A stretch of 63,199 bases of DNA, filler included, from Octopus bimaculoides (GCF_001194135.2; 6 parts of 6 records of this genome joined end to end with filler, not necessarily neighbours in it), one strand, 5' to 3'; shown: positions 1-12,080, counted from the whole stretch's first letter. Numbers and translations: made by a program. Notes: generated from the letters alone by a model not told the origin.

Positions 1-200
1 ATATATACAGGTATACAGACATGTACACACACTTTAGAGTTTGTTGCTAGTTATGAGCGTTGGGATAGAATCGACATCAAAACGCGGTGGTGTATTCCTA
101 CCACACATTGACTTCCACTAATATTTGATATTTCATATATTTTCCCTGTTGCTTGTTGGATTCTGTTTTCAAAGCTTCCTTCATTATCTCTCCCTCCGTC

Positions 201-255
201 AAGGCGGCGAGCTGGCAGAATCGTTAGCACGCCGGGCGAAATGCTTAGCGGTATT
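201..255 (+). mobile_element. SINE family A, tRNA-like head only
   Basis: aaggcggcgagctggcagaatcgttagcacgccgggcgaaatgcttagcggtatt matches the heads of the longer copies at 1653, 17991(-) and 29552. Confidence 0.85.
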
Positions 256-1159
256 GATTGGATGTGAGGTGCTGATTGGTGGGAGGACATTTATTGCTAC
301 AGTTGGGATAACGGCTTCCAGTTTTGGTCGGTATATTGGGTCAAACTAACGGAAGGACTGGACCCTAGCTACATTTTTGGCATGAAAAATTGAGATTTCG
401 TCCAGTTGAAAAAAGTTTACATCAAAATTTGTAGCAACGTTATAGGAGAGTAAGTAGCGCCACCAATCAAGTTTAGATGTAAAAATACTTTTTTTTATTT
501 TAAAAGCAAAATATATTAATCTTAGTTTCAATGACAGAAGAAAGTGTGGGGAATTTCATAGTTCTGTTCCAATGCAACAAAAATTTCTATCAAAAAAGTT
601 GTGAGGTAAAATAACAGGAAAAGAAAAACATAAGGCAAAAAATTGGATTTAAGTATAATTAACTTTTTTATTTTAAAAACAAACTATATTTTAATTAAGC
701 TTAAATGATGGAGCTCAATTCGAGGAATTTCATGGTATCAATCTCGTGCAACGAAGTTTTAAAAGAAAAAAAGTTAATTTGTGGTTGATAATATAGTTGT
801 ATACTTTTTTATGAATATTGTTCTAGGGGACTTTTAAAATATGTCACCGGCATCAATGAAGTAAGGAAAAAATTATCAACGTCGCCGCTAATTGACACAT
901 TTGACGCATCATTAATTATCATAATAGCATAGCCTGGAAAAAACATCGATTACATTGAAAAATACAAACAAGAGAAATAATATTCTTAAGATTATAAACC
1001 TGGAAAAGTACAGGACAAGTAATAACTTGGAAAAGTACAGGACAACTTGTTACATCTGGTAAAGTACAGATGTAATAACTTGTATATATGTATGTAATGT
1101 AATCATCATCATGTATTACGTAATGTATGTACGTATGTATATATGTAAGTACGTCTTAG

Positions 1160-1290
1160 GTATGACAATAAACGACATCCGGTGGTGAGGCCCCAGTTTG
1201 GGATTTCTGGAGTTGTAGGGACCGTAGAGTCATCTCTCAGTTACCATGACACCCAGGCGGCACCTGTCAGGATTCCATCTATGAGTTAAA
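1160..1290. repeat. Degenerate interspersed repeat (retroposon-type fragment)
   Basis: ggtgaggccccagtttggg...cccagg...cacctgtcaggattccatctatgagtt resembles a common cephalopod repeat, recalled rather than searched. Confidence 0.4.
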
Positions 1291-1652
1291 GAGATTTTCC
1301 CAGAGACAAAGGACGCTCTCGATATCTTTGACAAACCCGTGAGGAAAGCAGCTCTTCGAGGAGAAAGATATTCTGATGAAAAAATTTGCAGTCCAAATGC
1401 ATCTTGGCCATGCTTGTCATTGGAACTGGCTCTGGTCACCGAGAGAGGGGCAAAAATGTTGTACAAACTGTTCTCACTTAAACCCAACGACGTGCAAATG
1501 TCTTGCTATCATCTCATTTTTTGATCCGTTTTGTATTTTGTAATGTCCCATGGCGATGGGTGCATACGCAGAAGTTTGGGTAAATGTCTTTTATAATAGC
1601 TTCGGGCCGACCAATGTCATGCGAAAGGATTTAGTAGACAGAAACTGCGTGG

Positions 1653-1783
1653 AAGGCGGCGAGCTGGCAGAAACGTTAGGACGCCGGGCGGGATTTCGTC
1701 TGTCTTTACGTCCTGAGTTCAAATTCCGCCGAGGTCGACTTTGCCTTTCATCCTTTCGAGGGTCGATAAATTAAGTACCAGTT
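1653..1783 (+). mobile_element. SINE family A (tRNA head plus central domain cctttcatcctttcggggtcgataaattaagtaccag), 3'-truncated
   Basis: A-box tggcagaaacg and B-box gagttcaaattcc. The central domain is shared with at least 8 other copies in the window. Confidence 0.9.
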
Positions 1784-2059
1784 ACCCTGCTCGTCAAATC
1801 AAGGTGCAGGTGGCTGAGCACTCCTCAGACACGATCCATACTCTTAACATAGTTCTCATAGAGATTCAGCGTGACATAGAATGCGACAAGGTTGGCTCCC
1901 CCTTGAATTACAGGTATTACACATTTTTGCCAGCTGAGTGGACTGAAGCAATGAGAAATAGAGCGTCTTGCTCAAGGACACAACTCGCGACCGGGTATCG
2001 AACTCAGGACCTTACGATCGGGAGCCGACTAACCTAACCATTAAGCCACACGCCTTCAC
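1784..2059 (-). mobile_element. Chimeric SINE: CORE-type head (gtgaaggcgtgtggc) joined to the family C body
   Basis: The minus strand reads tRNA head, then tgtgtccttgagcaagac (CORE-like), then agccaaccttgtc...gaggagtgctcagccac...gagcagg, which matches the bodies of the 9827 and 51410 copies. Confidence 0.8.
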
Positions 2060-2097
2060 ATGCACGAATATACGTAAGGGAGCAAGAAGAGTGGAAG

Positions 2098-2537
2098 GAA
2101 GAATAAGAGGAATAACAGAATGAGAGGAATAACAGAATGAGAGGAATAACAGAATAAGAGGAATAACAGAATGAGACGAATAACAGAATGAGAGGAATAA
2201 CAGAAGAGGAATAACAGAATGAGACGAATAACAGAATAGGAGGAATAACAGAAGAAGAATAACAGAATAAGAGGAATAACAGAATGAGATGAATAACAGA
2301 ATATGAGGAATAACAGAATGAGAGGAATAACAGAATAGGAGGAATAACAGAATGAGAGGAATAACAGAATAGGAGGACTAACAGAATGAGAGGAATAACA
2401 GAATGAGAGGAATAACAGAATAAGAGGGATAACAGAATAGGAGGAATAACAGAATAAGAGGAATAACAGAATAAGAGGAATAACAGAATAGGAGGAATAA
2501 CAGAATAAGAGGAATAACAGAATAGGAGGAATAACAG
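2098..2537 (+). repeat. Purine-rich minisatellite with a unit of about 17 bp (GAGAGGAATAACAGAAT and variants), about 25 copies
   Basis: Direct inspection; the unit GAGGAATAACAGAAT recurs with 1-3 nt spacers. Confidence 0.95.
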
Positions 2538-3744
2538 TGTGAATGGATCAGAAGAGGAATGAGTTTTAAAATCTGAGAGGAGGAAGAAAGAAAAAAATAA
2601 AGGCTGGAAAGAAACCAAGAGATAAAGAGTGGTAAGGAGATAGACTGATAGATAAATAGATAGGGAGAGGTAGAGAGAGAGAGAGAGGGGAGAGAGAGAG
2701 AGAGAGGGAGAGAGGAAAAATGAGGAGAGAGATGTGGAAAGGGAGTCGGATGAANNNNNNNNNNNNNNNNNNNNNNNNNNNNNNNNNNNNNNNNNNNNNN
2801 NNNNNNNNNNNNNNNNNNNNNNNNNNNNNNNNNNNNNNNNNNNNNNNNNNNNNNNNNNNNNNNNNNNNNNNNNNNNNNNNNNNNNNNNNNNNNNNNNNNN
2901 NNNNNNNNNNNNNNNNNNNNNNNNNNNNNNNNNNNNNNNNNNNNNNNNNNNNNNNNNNNNNNNNNNNNNNNNNNNNNNNNNNNNNNNNNNNNNNNNNNNN
3001 NNNNNNNNNNNNNNNNNNNNNNNNNNNNNNNNNNNNNNNNNNNNNNNNNNNNNNNNNNNNNNNNNNNNNNNNNNNNNNNNNNNNNNNNNNNNNNNNNNNN
3101 NNNNNNNNNNNNNNNNNNNNNNNNNNNNNNNNNNNNNNNNNNNNNNNNNNNNNNNNNNNNNNNNNNNNNNNNNNNNNNNNNNNNNNNNNNNNNNNNNNNN
3201 NNNNNNNNNNNNNNNNNNNNNNNNNNNNNNNNNNNNNNNNNNNNNNNNNNNNNNNNNNNNNNNNNNNNNNNNNNNNNNNNNNNNNNNNNNNNNNNNNNNN
3301 NNNNNNNNNNNNNNNNNNNNNNNNNNNNNNNNNNNNNNNNNNNNNNNNNNNNNNNNNNNNNNNNNNNNNNNNNNNNNNNNNNNNNNNNNNNNNNNNNNNN
3401 NNNNNNNNNNNNNNNNNNNNNNNNNNNNNNNNNNNNNNNNNNNNNNNNNNNNNNNNNNNNNNNNNNNNNNNNNNNNNNNNNNNNNNNNNNNNNNNNNNNN
3501 NNNNNNNNNNNNNNNNNNNNNNNNNNNNNNNNNNNNNNNNNNNNNNNNNNNNNNNNNNNNNNNNNNNNNNNNNNNNNNNNGGGGGGGGGATAGTCGATGA
3601 CATCTAACCGATGAAGAAAGAACATGTCCGTGTCTCGGGGGCGATTGTTTCGTGTGGTCCTTCGTCATCCGTCCGCGCAATTTTTAAAGAAACAAGGAGA
3701 GAGAGAAAAGGAGACAACAAATATATAATATATATATATTCTTT

Positions 3745-3990
3745 GTGACCATGCTGGAGTACCGCCTTCTAGTCGAACAAATTGACCCCAGAACTTATTC
3801 TATCGGCTTATTATGCCGAACCGCTAAGTTACGGGGACGGAGACACACCAACATCGGTTGTCAAGGGACGTGAGGGAACAAACACAGACGCACAAACACA
3901 CACATATACGAGAGGCTTCTTTCAGTTTCCGTATACCAAAATCCACTCATCTTGCCCAAGGTGCCACGCAGTGGGACTGAACTCGACAAC
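3745..3990 (-). mobile_element. SINE family B (CORE-type), internally deleted
   Basis: Reverse complement of cagtcccactgcgtggcaccttgggcaag...ggaaactgaaagaagcc...ccccgtaacttagcggttcggc...ccagcatggtc; similar to the 44269-44605 copy. Confidence 0.85.
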
Positions 3991-4044
3991 CACGCTTTTG
4001 TGTGTGTGTGTCCAACTCCTGCTTAACAACTGGCGTTGGTTTGT

Positions 4045-4200
4045 TTATGTCCGAGCGACTTAGCAGTATCAGCAAAAAAGACCGATAGAACAAGTACCAG
4101 AATTTGAAAAGGATAAGCTTTGGGGTCGATTTGTTTCAGTGACTTCAAGGCGTTGCCCCAGCATGGCCACAATCCAATGACTGAAACAAGGAAAAGATAA
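4045..4200 (+). mobile_element. SINE family B, 3' half
   Basis: gacttagcagtatcagcaaaaaagaccgatagaacaagtacc...ggggtcgatttg...ccccagcatggccac...gactgaaacaag. Confidence 0.8.
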
Positions 4201-5505
4201 AGCACACACATACACAGTGACGCTGAACGTGTAGTAGTAGTAGTAGTGGTAGTGGTGGTGGTAGTGGTGGTGATGGTGGTGGTGGTCGTCATCGTCGTCG
4301 TAGTAGTAGTAGTAGTAGTAACAGCAGCAGCAGCAGCAACAGTAGTAGTAGTGGCAGCGGCAGCGGTCGCAGCTGGAGGTGGGGGAGGAGAAGAAGTAAG
4401 AGATGCTAAGACAGTGGGAGATTCTAGCAGTCAAAATTGTAATGGTGGCGATGGCGACAGTTGGCCGTAGTGGTCGCGGTGGCTGTCGCTGCGGTAATAG
4501 GGCGATATTTAGAGCGAGCGAGAGAGAGAGGGGGAGGGGAAGAGAAAGAGAGAGCTCAATAGCTCTGTACTTTGTACGCCTGTAGGAGTGCTTTGTGTGT
4601 GCCTACACCCGTATTTCAAACACAGCCTCTTAGAGTTGTGTTTGTGTAGGGGTATTTATGAGACAAGAGGAGGGTGTGTGTACCCGACTTAGCTCTGCCT
4701 ACTGTCTGTCTGAGCCGCTCTCTTCTTTCATCCCTCCATCTCTTTCTCTCTCTCTCTCTCTGTCTATTTATCTCTGTATCTACCTCCGTGAGGCCGATAA
4801 AGGTATAGCCACCTCTTTCAAGTACCAAGTGGTTCATTAGTTCAACTTTCAAAGTCTTTATACATAAAAATGCATTCCATCAATACAGACACACACACAC
4901 GTATGTATGTATGTATGTATGTATGCGTGTATGTATGTATGTATGTATGTATGTATGTATGTATGTATGTACGGATGTATGTTTCTATGTAATGGCGCTC
5001 ATCCATCAAAATATACGTAATTACTGCATATTTTGTTATTGTTTAACTAACAGGTCAGCTCTCATTTTGGAACCCTATGATCAACGGGATTCCAGAGATG
5101 ACCATCCATCCTCTCTCCTTTTAGATTAAATTAGATTGCCTCGTGTGTACGAGACAGTAGGCTGTTGTTTAAGGGCGAGTTGGTAGCTATTTCTAACTGT
5201 CAGGCGACCGTATTTCTATACGTGTAGATGTAATAACACGTATTTATATCGGTATACGAACGAAGACTACGGAACACCCCCACCCCCACCTCACCTTCCC
5301 CAATGAATAAAAAGTGTTTGTGAGAGGCGTGAGACGAGACGGAGGAGAGGGAGAAAGAAATAACAGAGTGTTAAGGGGTGTTGCTTACCGAACAGGCAAC
5401 CTATAGCAACTCATCACTTCTTTCTAAAACCTTACCTATTCTCTGATCCCAGCTTGTGTCGGTTGTCTTCATGTTGGGGCACCGGCGTCGTTTCTTGAAA
5501 CGAAC

Positions 5506-5540
<35 letters not shown>

Positions 5541-5543
<3 letters not shown>

Positions 5544-6098
5544 GCCCGGATGCAGTACCAGGCAGTGGCTTTCATGGCTTTTCATCTTAACTGATTGGAA
5601 GTGTTATGTACATTGTTTTGTCTTGGTATAAAAGACGGGCTACAGCAAATATTCTGTTCAATACTACAGATTTGCTTGTCAGTTGTTTGACCTTAAACCA
5701 GTTGAGCATGTCCCTTGGTGGCTGACGATATGTGCATCTCTGATCACGAGCAGAAGTAGTGGGGGAACATCATAGCCATGTGTTGAAAGGAATTCTTTGG
5801 GGTTTGAATAATTCACCTCTGGAAATATTGGTGTTTCGTTCAACCCCTTTAAACAACCCTTATTCAGAGAGCTTTTTAAGCGGGATGAGCTACTCGACTT
5901 GAAGAAAATACTAACTGGACCCCACCTGCAATGTCATGCGCTGTTTACCTTGATATGAGATCACCATGTCGCGCACATGTGGTTGTGATGCATGTGCCTG
6001 GTGTACCCTTATCAGACGGGTAGTCATGATGGGTATTAATGGACTTCGTATATTTTACCCCAGTGTCACTTTGATGGCATGCACTGCTCTCTCACTCA
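5541..6098 (+). mobile_element. Non-coding retroposon of about 560 bp embedded in an (AAT)n tract; probably non-autonomous and possibly mobilised by an R4/Dong-like LINE
   Basis: Complex sequence bounded on both sides by (AAT)n (5507-5540 and 6099-6133). The 3' end tgcactgctctctcactc(aat)n is a retroposon-type tail. No homologous ORF. Confidence 0.7.
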
Positions 6099-6134
6099 AT
6101 AATGATAATAATAATAATAATAATAATAATAATG

Positions 6135-6277
6135 GTTTCAAATTTCGCCACAGGGGCAGACATTTTGGGGGAGGGGATGAGTCGATCACAACGACCTCAG
6201 TGTTGAACTGGTACTTTGTTTATCGACTCCGAAAGGATGAAAAGCGAAGTCGACTTCGGTGATATTTGAACTCGAGA
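6135..6277 (-). mobile_element. SINE family A, 3' part
   Basis: aactggtactttgtttatcgactccgaaaggatgaaaagcgaagtcgac...atttgaactc is the reverse complement of the central domain. Confidence 0.8.
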
Positions 6278-7204
6278 GTGGAAGCAATATTATCGATAAT
6301 GGCCGAAATTGCGTTTGGCCTTCTGGCCGATAACTTATGAAGAATTGGTGACCTTCTGTGTTTTCTGTTCGTTTGTTTATTTACTACACGTTTTTTTTAA
6401 TTATATATATATAAGGATGTCATATTTTCCGTTTGCTATTTTTTTTTTTTATTTAATCCTGAAAATATCATTTATGCAACGCACGCACTCATTAATTTTT
6501 TACCTATATATATATATATTTGGGTAGAACGTCTAGAAAGAGTGGTTACGAGGAGTGGGGGGAGGAGTGGAAGGAGTGATGTCAGTCATCACAAAAACAG
6601 CAGCAGCAGCGGCTTCTGTGACGGTGATGATGAGGACGACGACCACAGCGACTATGGTGGTGGAGATGGTGATGATGGTGATGATGATGGTGATGATGAA
6701 ATTGATCATGCTAATTGCTGAACACTTGTTGACTTGACACAGGCCGTTTACTCGCTCAGCCAACCAAAGCTTAGAATTATCACCACCACCACCACCACCA
6801 CCACCATCATCACCACTCCTCCTGGGCCCCAACGCCGCCAGTACCTCCATCATCATCATCATCAGCAGCAGCATCAACTCTTCCACTGGCATCAATGCCT
6901 ACAATAAAACTGGCGATCCTCTCTTTCAGGAATATTTAGCTAGGCGAAAAGAGTGACCTTTGACCAATTATTTCCCCCGCCCCATTTCCACACCCCTTTC
7001 TATTCTTGGTATTGTCATATTTTTTTGTTTACCATTACTTTAAAGGAGGCATTGTGTTCTAGGGGGCCACGTGATTGCCTTTCTGTTTTTTCACTAGGCA
7101 CGAAAGCTTTTACCAATTGCTCGTACAGGCACCATACACACACACACACTCGTTTGGTGTGAACTTCTGGAAAAACAGAGAACTCGGTACCAAAGTAGAG
7201 ACTT

Positions 7205-7330
7205 CGAGCCATGCCTGGCTCATAAGGGCCGGTTTCCCGGTTTCATTGGCGTATAGGTTCCCCACCTGGACGGGACGCCGGTCCGTTGCAAGTGAGCTGC
7301 TAATGCAAGAGAGACACAAGCCGCTGCAAA
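7205..7330 (-). mobile_element. SINE fragment (family F, 3' end)
   Basis: ccatgcctggctcataagggccggtttcccggtttcattggcgtataggttccccacctggacgggacgccggtcc is GC-rich and resembles a recalled octopus SINE tail. Confidence 0.5.
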
Positions 7331-8184
7331 GAGTTTCAAGGAAAAATGTAAGTGAACTTCGCAAAGCATAATTTAGCCTATTAGTCGACTGATGTCTGAG
7401 ACCGAACAGGTTACGGTATCCAAAGAACTTTAAACTTTGGTGTATTTTTACCACCTAGAAACGGTACGGGTTGTAGTGCAAACAGTAGCAGACAGTGCGG
7501 CAGCAGACGGTAACCCGATATGAATACAGCCCGGCCACAGTGGAATGTAAGGAGTTAAAGGACGAAATACATCACCACACACACACACACGTTTGATGAC
7601 CTCTCCTATCGTATTTGACAGACGAGGGTTGCACAACTTCCAACTGAACAACCTACACAGATGACTTGTTTCTAGTGACCAACTGTATGTGCTGTACATT
7701 AGCTTAGACCGTCCATCAAGTAGATATTGCCTGAACAGGTGCGTGCTGTACCCAATGTCAGATGTCGAAGGAAAAGATAAAGCACACACATACACAGTGA
7801 CGCTGAACGTGTAGTAGTAGTAGTGGTAGTGGTGGTAGTGGTGGTGGTAGTGGTGGTGGTCGTCGTCATCGTAGTAGTAGTAGTAGTAGTAGCAGCAGCA
7901 GCAGCAGGGCAATGTGAAATGAAGTGTTTTGCTCAAGGACACAACAGATAGAGAATATATAAATGATTAAAAGAGTATATTTGTGTTCGTATATATATGT
8001 GTTTGTATGTATATAGGATAGCTAATTAGCTGTGTGTATTTAATTATGTCCATATATAGACATAATTATACACACATCTAATTATCACTCATACCTTCTC
8101 CTCCCCATCTATGATGCTCTTTCGCCCCAAGACAGCCTTAAGACCTGATAACTTTGACATTTCACCAAATGGGGTCTAGTTTAC

Positions 8185-8445
8185 CAGTGGTTTTCAACCC
8201 TTTCTTTTTTTTTTTTTGCTTCTATGGACCCCTTTTATCCCTATTTTACTGGGAAAGGACCATTTGATGTTTAAAACATCCCAATTATATTTATATAATC
8301 AAATATTAATTGGAATGATACTAAAAGAATAGTTAAAACATTTTGTGTACTTAAGAAATATAATCAATTTATTGGTAATAAATCTTAACACCAACATCTC
8401 GTATGGATTTCCAAGGGTCCTAAGGATCCTGGTGGAGGACCACTG
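8185..8445. mobile_element. hAT-type MITE
   Basis: Terminal inverted repeats cagtggttttcaacc ... ggtggaggaccactg. The flanking 8-mers tagtttac and tagtccag match at 5 of 8 positions, consistent with a decayed 8-bp TSD. Confidence 0.65.
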
Positions 8446-9211
8446 TAGTCCAGCCGTGCTCATCACATCTTCATTTTGCACGTCATACGACATTCTACAA
8501 AGTGTTTTCCTTCACTTCCTTTCTCTTTTGTAAAAGTTGACAAGCTGAAGGATATTTAGCTGCTATTTCTACACAGAGGAGGCGCCTTCCTATATGTTTG
8601 TACGTGTAAAGTGCATAGATTGCTTGCCGTAATTAGTTTTACTCAAATTGCATTTCACCTCCTAATTGTCTGTCTCCACCTCTCTCTCTCTCTCTCTCCC
8701 TATATATTCTTCCTCCCCCTCTCCCCTTCCCTCTGCCACCACCTAACTTGTTTACATAGATATGTGAGCTTGTATATTTACGCATACATACATACTTACA
8801 CACAAGTGTAGACGGTATATATGCGTATACACACACACACACACACAGAAATATAAAAATTATGAACTCAGATATATAGATAAACATATATGCATGCATG
8901 TGTGTGGGTGCGTGTACATACACACATCATACATATACATACACACACACACATACGTACACACATCATACATATACATACATACATACAAATACATACA
9001 TAGATACACACACACACATACATAATACACACACACACACACATACGTGTGTTTTCTTTAGCAAGAGTAGTAATGACGGTGATTTCGGTATTAGTTTCGG
9101 CCTGCTAATCCTTCATCTGCTGGAACTTCGAAGTCACTCTCATTACTAATCTTCTTAAACAATAATAAATTTGTACTCTACACAAAGTATCGATTAATCT
9201 TTCATTATATC

Positions 9212-9286
<75 letters not shown>

Positions 9287-9826
9287 NNNNNNNNNNNNNN
9301 NNNNNNNNNNNNNNNNNNNNNNNNNNNNNNNNNNNNNNNNNNNNNNNNNNNNNNNNNNNNNNNNNNNNNNNNNNNNNNNNNNNNNNNNNNNNNNNNNNNN
9401 NNNNNNNNNNNNNNNNNNNNNNNNNNNNNNNNNNNNNNNNNNNNNNNNNNNNNNNNNNNNNNNNNNNNNNNNNNNNNNNNNNNNNNNNNNNNNNNNNNNN
9501 NNNNNNNNNNNNNNNNNNNNNNNNNNNNNNNNNNNNNNNNNNNNNNNNNNNNNNNNNNNNNNNNNNNNNNNNNNNNNNNNNNNNNNNNNNNNNNNNNNNN
9601 NNNNNNNNNNNNNNNNNNNNNNNNNNNNNNNNNNNNNNNNNNNNNNNNNNNNNNNNNNNNNNNNNNNNNNNNNNNNNNNNNNNNNNNNNNNNNNNNNNNN
9701 NNNNNNNNNNNNNNNNNNNNNNNNNNNNNNNNNNNNNNNNNNNNNNNNNNNNNNNNNNNNNNNNNNAGCATTTTTGTGCATAATGTATGCTATATATATA
9801 TATATAGATAGATAGATATACATAAT

Positions 9827-10199
9827 GGGGAGGCGCAATGGTCCAGTGGATTCGCGGTCGTAGGATCGCGGTTTCGATTCCCTGACAGGACGTTGTGAGT
9901 GTTTATTGAGTGAAAACACTTAAAGCTCCACGAAGCTCCAGCAAGGGGGTGAGGTGGCAAACCCTGCTGTACTCTTTCACCGCAATTTTCTCTCACTCTT
10001 TTTTCCTGTTTCTGTTGTACCTGTAATTCAAAGGGGCCAGCCTTGTCACACTCTGTGTCGCGCTGGATCACCCCAAGAACCACGTTAAGGGTGCACGTGT
10101 CTGTGGAGTGCTCGGCCACTTGCACGTTAATTTCACGAGAAGGCTGTTCCGTTGATCGGATCAACTGGAACCCTCGTCGTCGCAACCGACGGAGTGCCA
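9827..10199 (+). mobile_element. SINE family C, full length
   Basis: A-box tggtccagtgg and B-box ggtttcgattccc. Colinear with 51410-51799 over about 370 bp, ending in aaccgacggagtgcca. Confidence 0.92.
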
Positions 10200-10984
10200 C
10201 GATATTTATATATAATAACCGTTTTATTGCAAGCCACCCACTCCTACCTCTTTCAGCCTGTCGTGTACCTCTTCACCCTCATCCACTCACTACTGCTACT
10301 ATTTCATACAAGTTCGCTTCCACTGACTAAAAGACTTGTGCTTTTGTTTTGTTTATTCTTTTTGGCGATAATAACCAAATTCTAAAGACTGAACTTTCTT
10401 TACACTTATGACCCTTTCCTACGATATTAGCCTAACACCTCCAACTCCCTTTCAATTTCAACTCATTTATCATTTATCTATTTATTGGCACCAATCCCAA
10501 ATATTTCTGTTTTCTTTTTTTTTTTTGTTTTGTTCCAGCGGATGTATTCAAACACGAAACAACTGTGACTATTTTTAGAAAAACCAAAAAAAGCGAAAAC
10601 AACAACAACGTCACCCCCTCCCCCGCTCCCGCCGCCGCCACCGTCTGTTTTTCGAAAGGGTTATCTTCTAACAGACACGCCAACACTATCAACTGTTTGA
10701 TTTTTTTTAGAATTTACGACTAACTTTTTATCTTGTAATACTTTTTTTTTTCTTTCGGTTGTATTTCTGCATTATCTTTTAACCGCGTACCAAATTTATC
10801 AAAACAAGCATTAGTATTTCATGCTGACAATGATGATGATGAATGAAAGAACGAAAGTGAATTCCCATTTCTTGTTTTTAGTAAGTGATTAATTAGCAAT
10901 CAATAAATTAATCTGAGTGGGAGCATACACACACACACACACATACATACATACACACACATATATATGTTGCTATTATCGTTA

Positions 10985-11202
10985 ATTTCAAATTTTTGGC
11001 ACAAAGCCTGCAATTTCGTAGGGGAGGAGGTAAATTCGATTACGTCGATCCCTAGTATTCAGCTGGTATTTATTCTATCGACCCAAAACGATTAAAGGCA
11101 AAGTCGACCGCGGCGGAATTTGAAATCAGAACGTAAAGACGTACGAAATGCCGCCAAACATTTTGTCCGGCGTGCTTAATGGTTCTGCCAGCTCGCTGGC
11201 TT
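10985..11202 (-). mobile_element. SINE family A, near full length
   Basis: Reverse complement of the head (ttctgccagctcgctggctt) and the central domain. Confidence 0.88.
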
Positions 11203-12044
11203 ATTTATTACTATCTTTATTATTATTCTATATCGATGAAAGAAAACCGAAAACTACAGACAAAATTACTCTGTGATATCTAGTTACGAGTTTCTAGGTT
11301 ATAAGTTCGAATGCCCGCTGGGTCCTGTTAGCTTTCTATCGTTCTGGGACAGCGATAAAAAGAAATACCAGTCGAGTGCCGACGATTCGAATCATTTCAT
11401 CATACACCTCTCTTCAAAATTCTGTGGCTTTCTGCCACTGTTAGGAACGATTATTATAATAAATGTTGTTGTTGTTGTGTTTAATTATTACTTGCATCGA
11501 ATATCTTAGCCTTTTTTTTTTACGCTGAAGAAACTCTACAATCTATGTTTTCATGTAGGAATACACGTGTTATGTGGAGAGATAAAGAAGAGGCACTTAC
11601 TTTGGCAGTCCCCAAACATTAAAATCCACAGTCAAAAAAGCAAACTTAAAATGTTCGGTAGTTGAAATGTGCCAGTCGGTCGGCAAATAATCTGTGTATA
11701 GTGATATCCAGTAGTAGTATTACTACTACTACTACTACTAATATTATTATTATTATTATTACTACTGTCTTACTTGTTGAAATGTCTCTATTGATTGCGC
11801 TGACATCTGGTGGGAAGCACGTCTGCAAGGGACGATGGTAGGAGAGTGAAACAGATATGAACGGCTTGTGTATTACACACTGAACCAAATTTGGATTAAT
11901 AATTAATAAGTAGTCCTCTAAAAGACTTCAAAGTAAGATTCCAGTAATATTTTAACATTTTATAACTTTGTTCGAACCAAACTGCGCGATAAAACATACT
12001 TTCGGATTTATTTAATTAGTGTTACACACACACACACACACACG

Positions 12045-12080
<36 letters not shown>

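Noticed and set aside
486-755. Loose direct repeat with a period of about 175 bp (ttttttattttaaaa...gaatttcat...tgcaac)
   Set aside because: Visible but low-identity and AT-rich; probably the interior of an old DNA transposon, and no termini were found.
989-1085. Two to three copies of ctggaaaagtacagga
   Set aside because: Short local tandem duplication with no indication of function.
1294-1524. Stop-free frame of about 75 codons (ETKDALDIFDKPVRKAALRGE...)
   Set aside because: No recognisable family motif or splice signals; it lies among repeat debris.
2098-2537. Regular short repeats as a possible CRISPR array (also 38984-39112 and 47140-47262)
   Set aside because: No unique spacers, eukaryotic context and no cas genes.
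2034-3680. Long ORFs of 200-550 aa spanning N gaps, here and at 27k, 32k, 37k, 41k, 43k, 55k and 58k
   Set aside because: They are open only because N codons and simple repeats contain no stops; there is no protein homology.
5436-5493. Possible 58-nt minus-strand micro-exon (aag|...ag|gtaag)
   Set aside because: The acceptor is AAG rather than YAG, the length is not a multiple of 3, and there are no recognisable neighbouring exons or homology.
9827-9900. tRNA-like sequences with A and B boxes (also 1653, 42018, 44605 and 51410)
   Set aside because: They continue into SINE bodies and lack a complete cloverleaf with paired acceptor stems, so they are SINE heads rather than tRNA genes.
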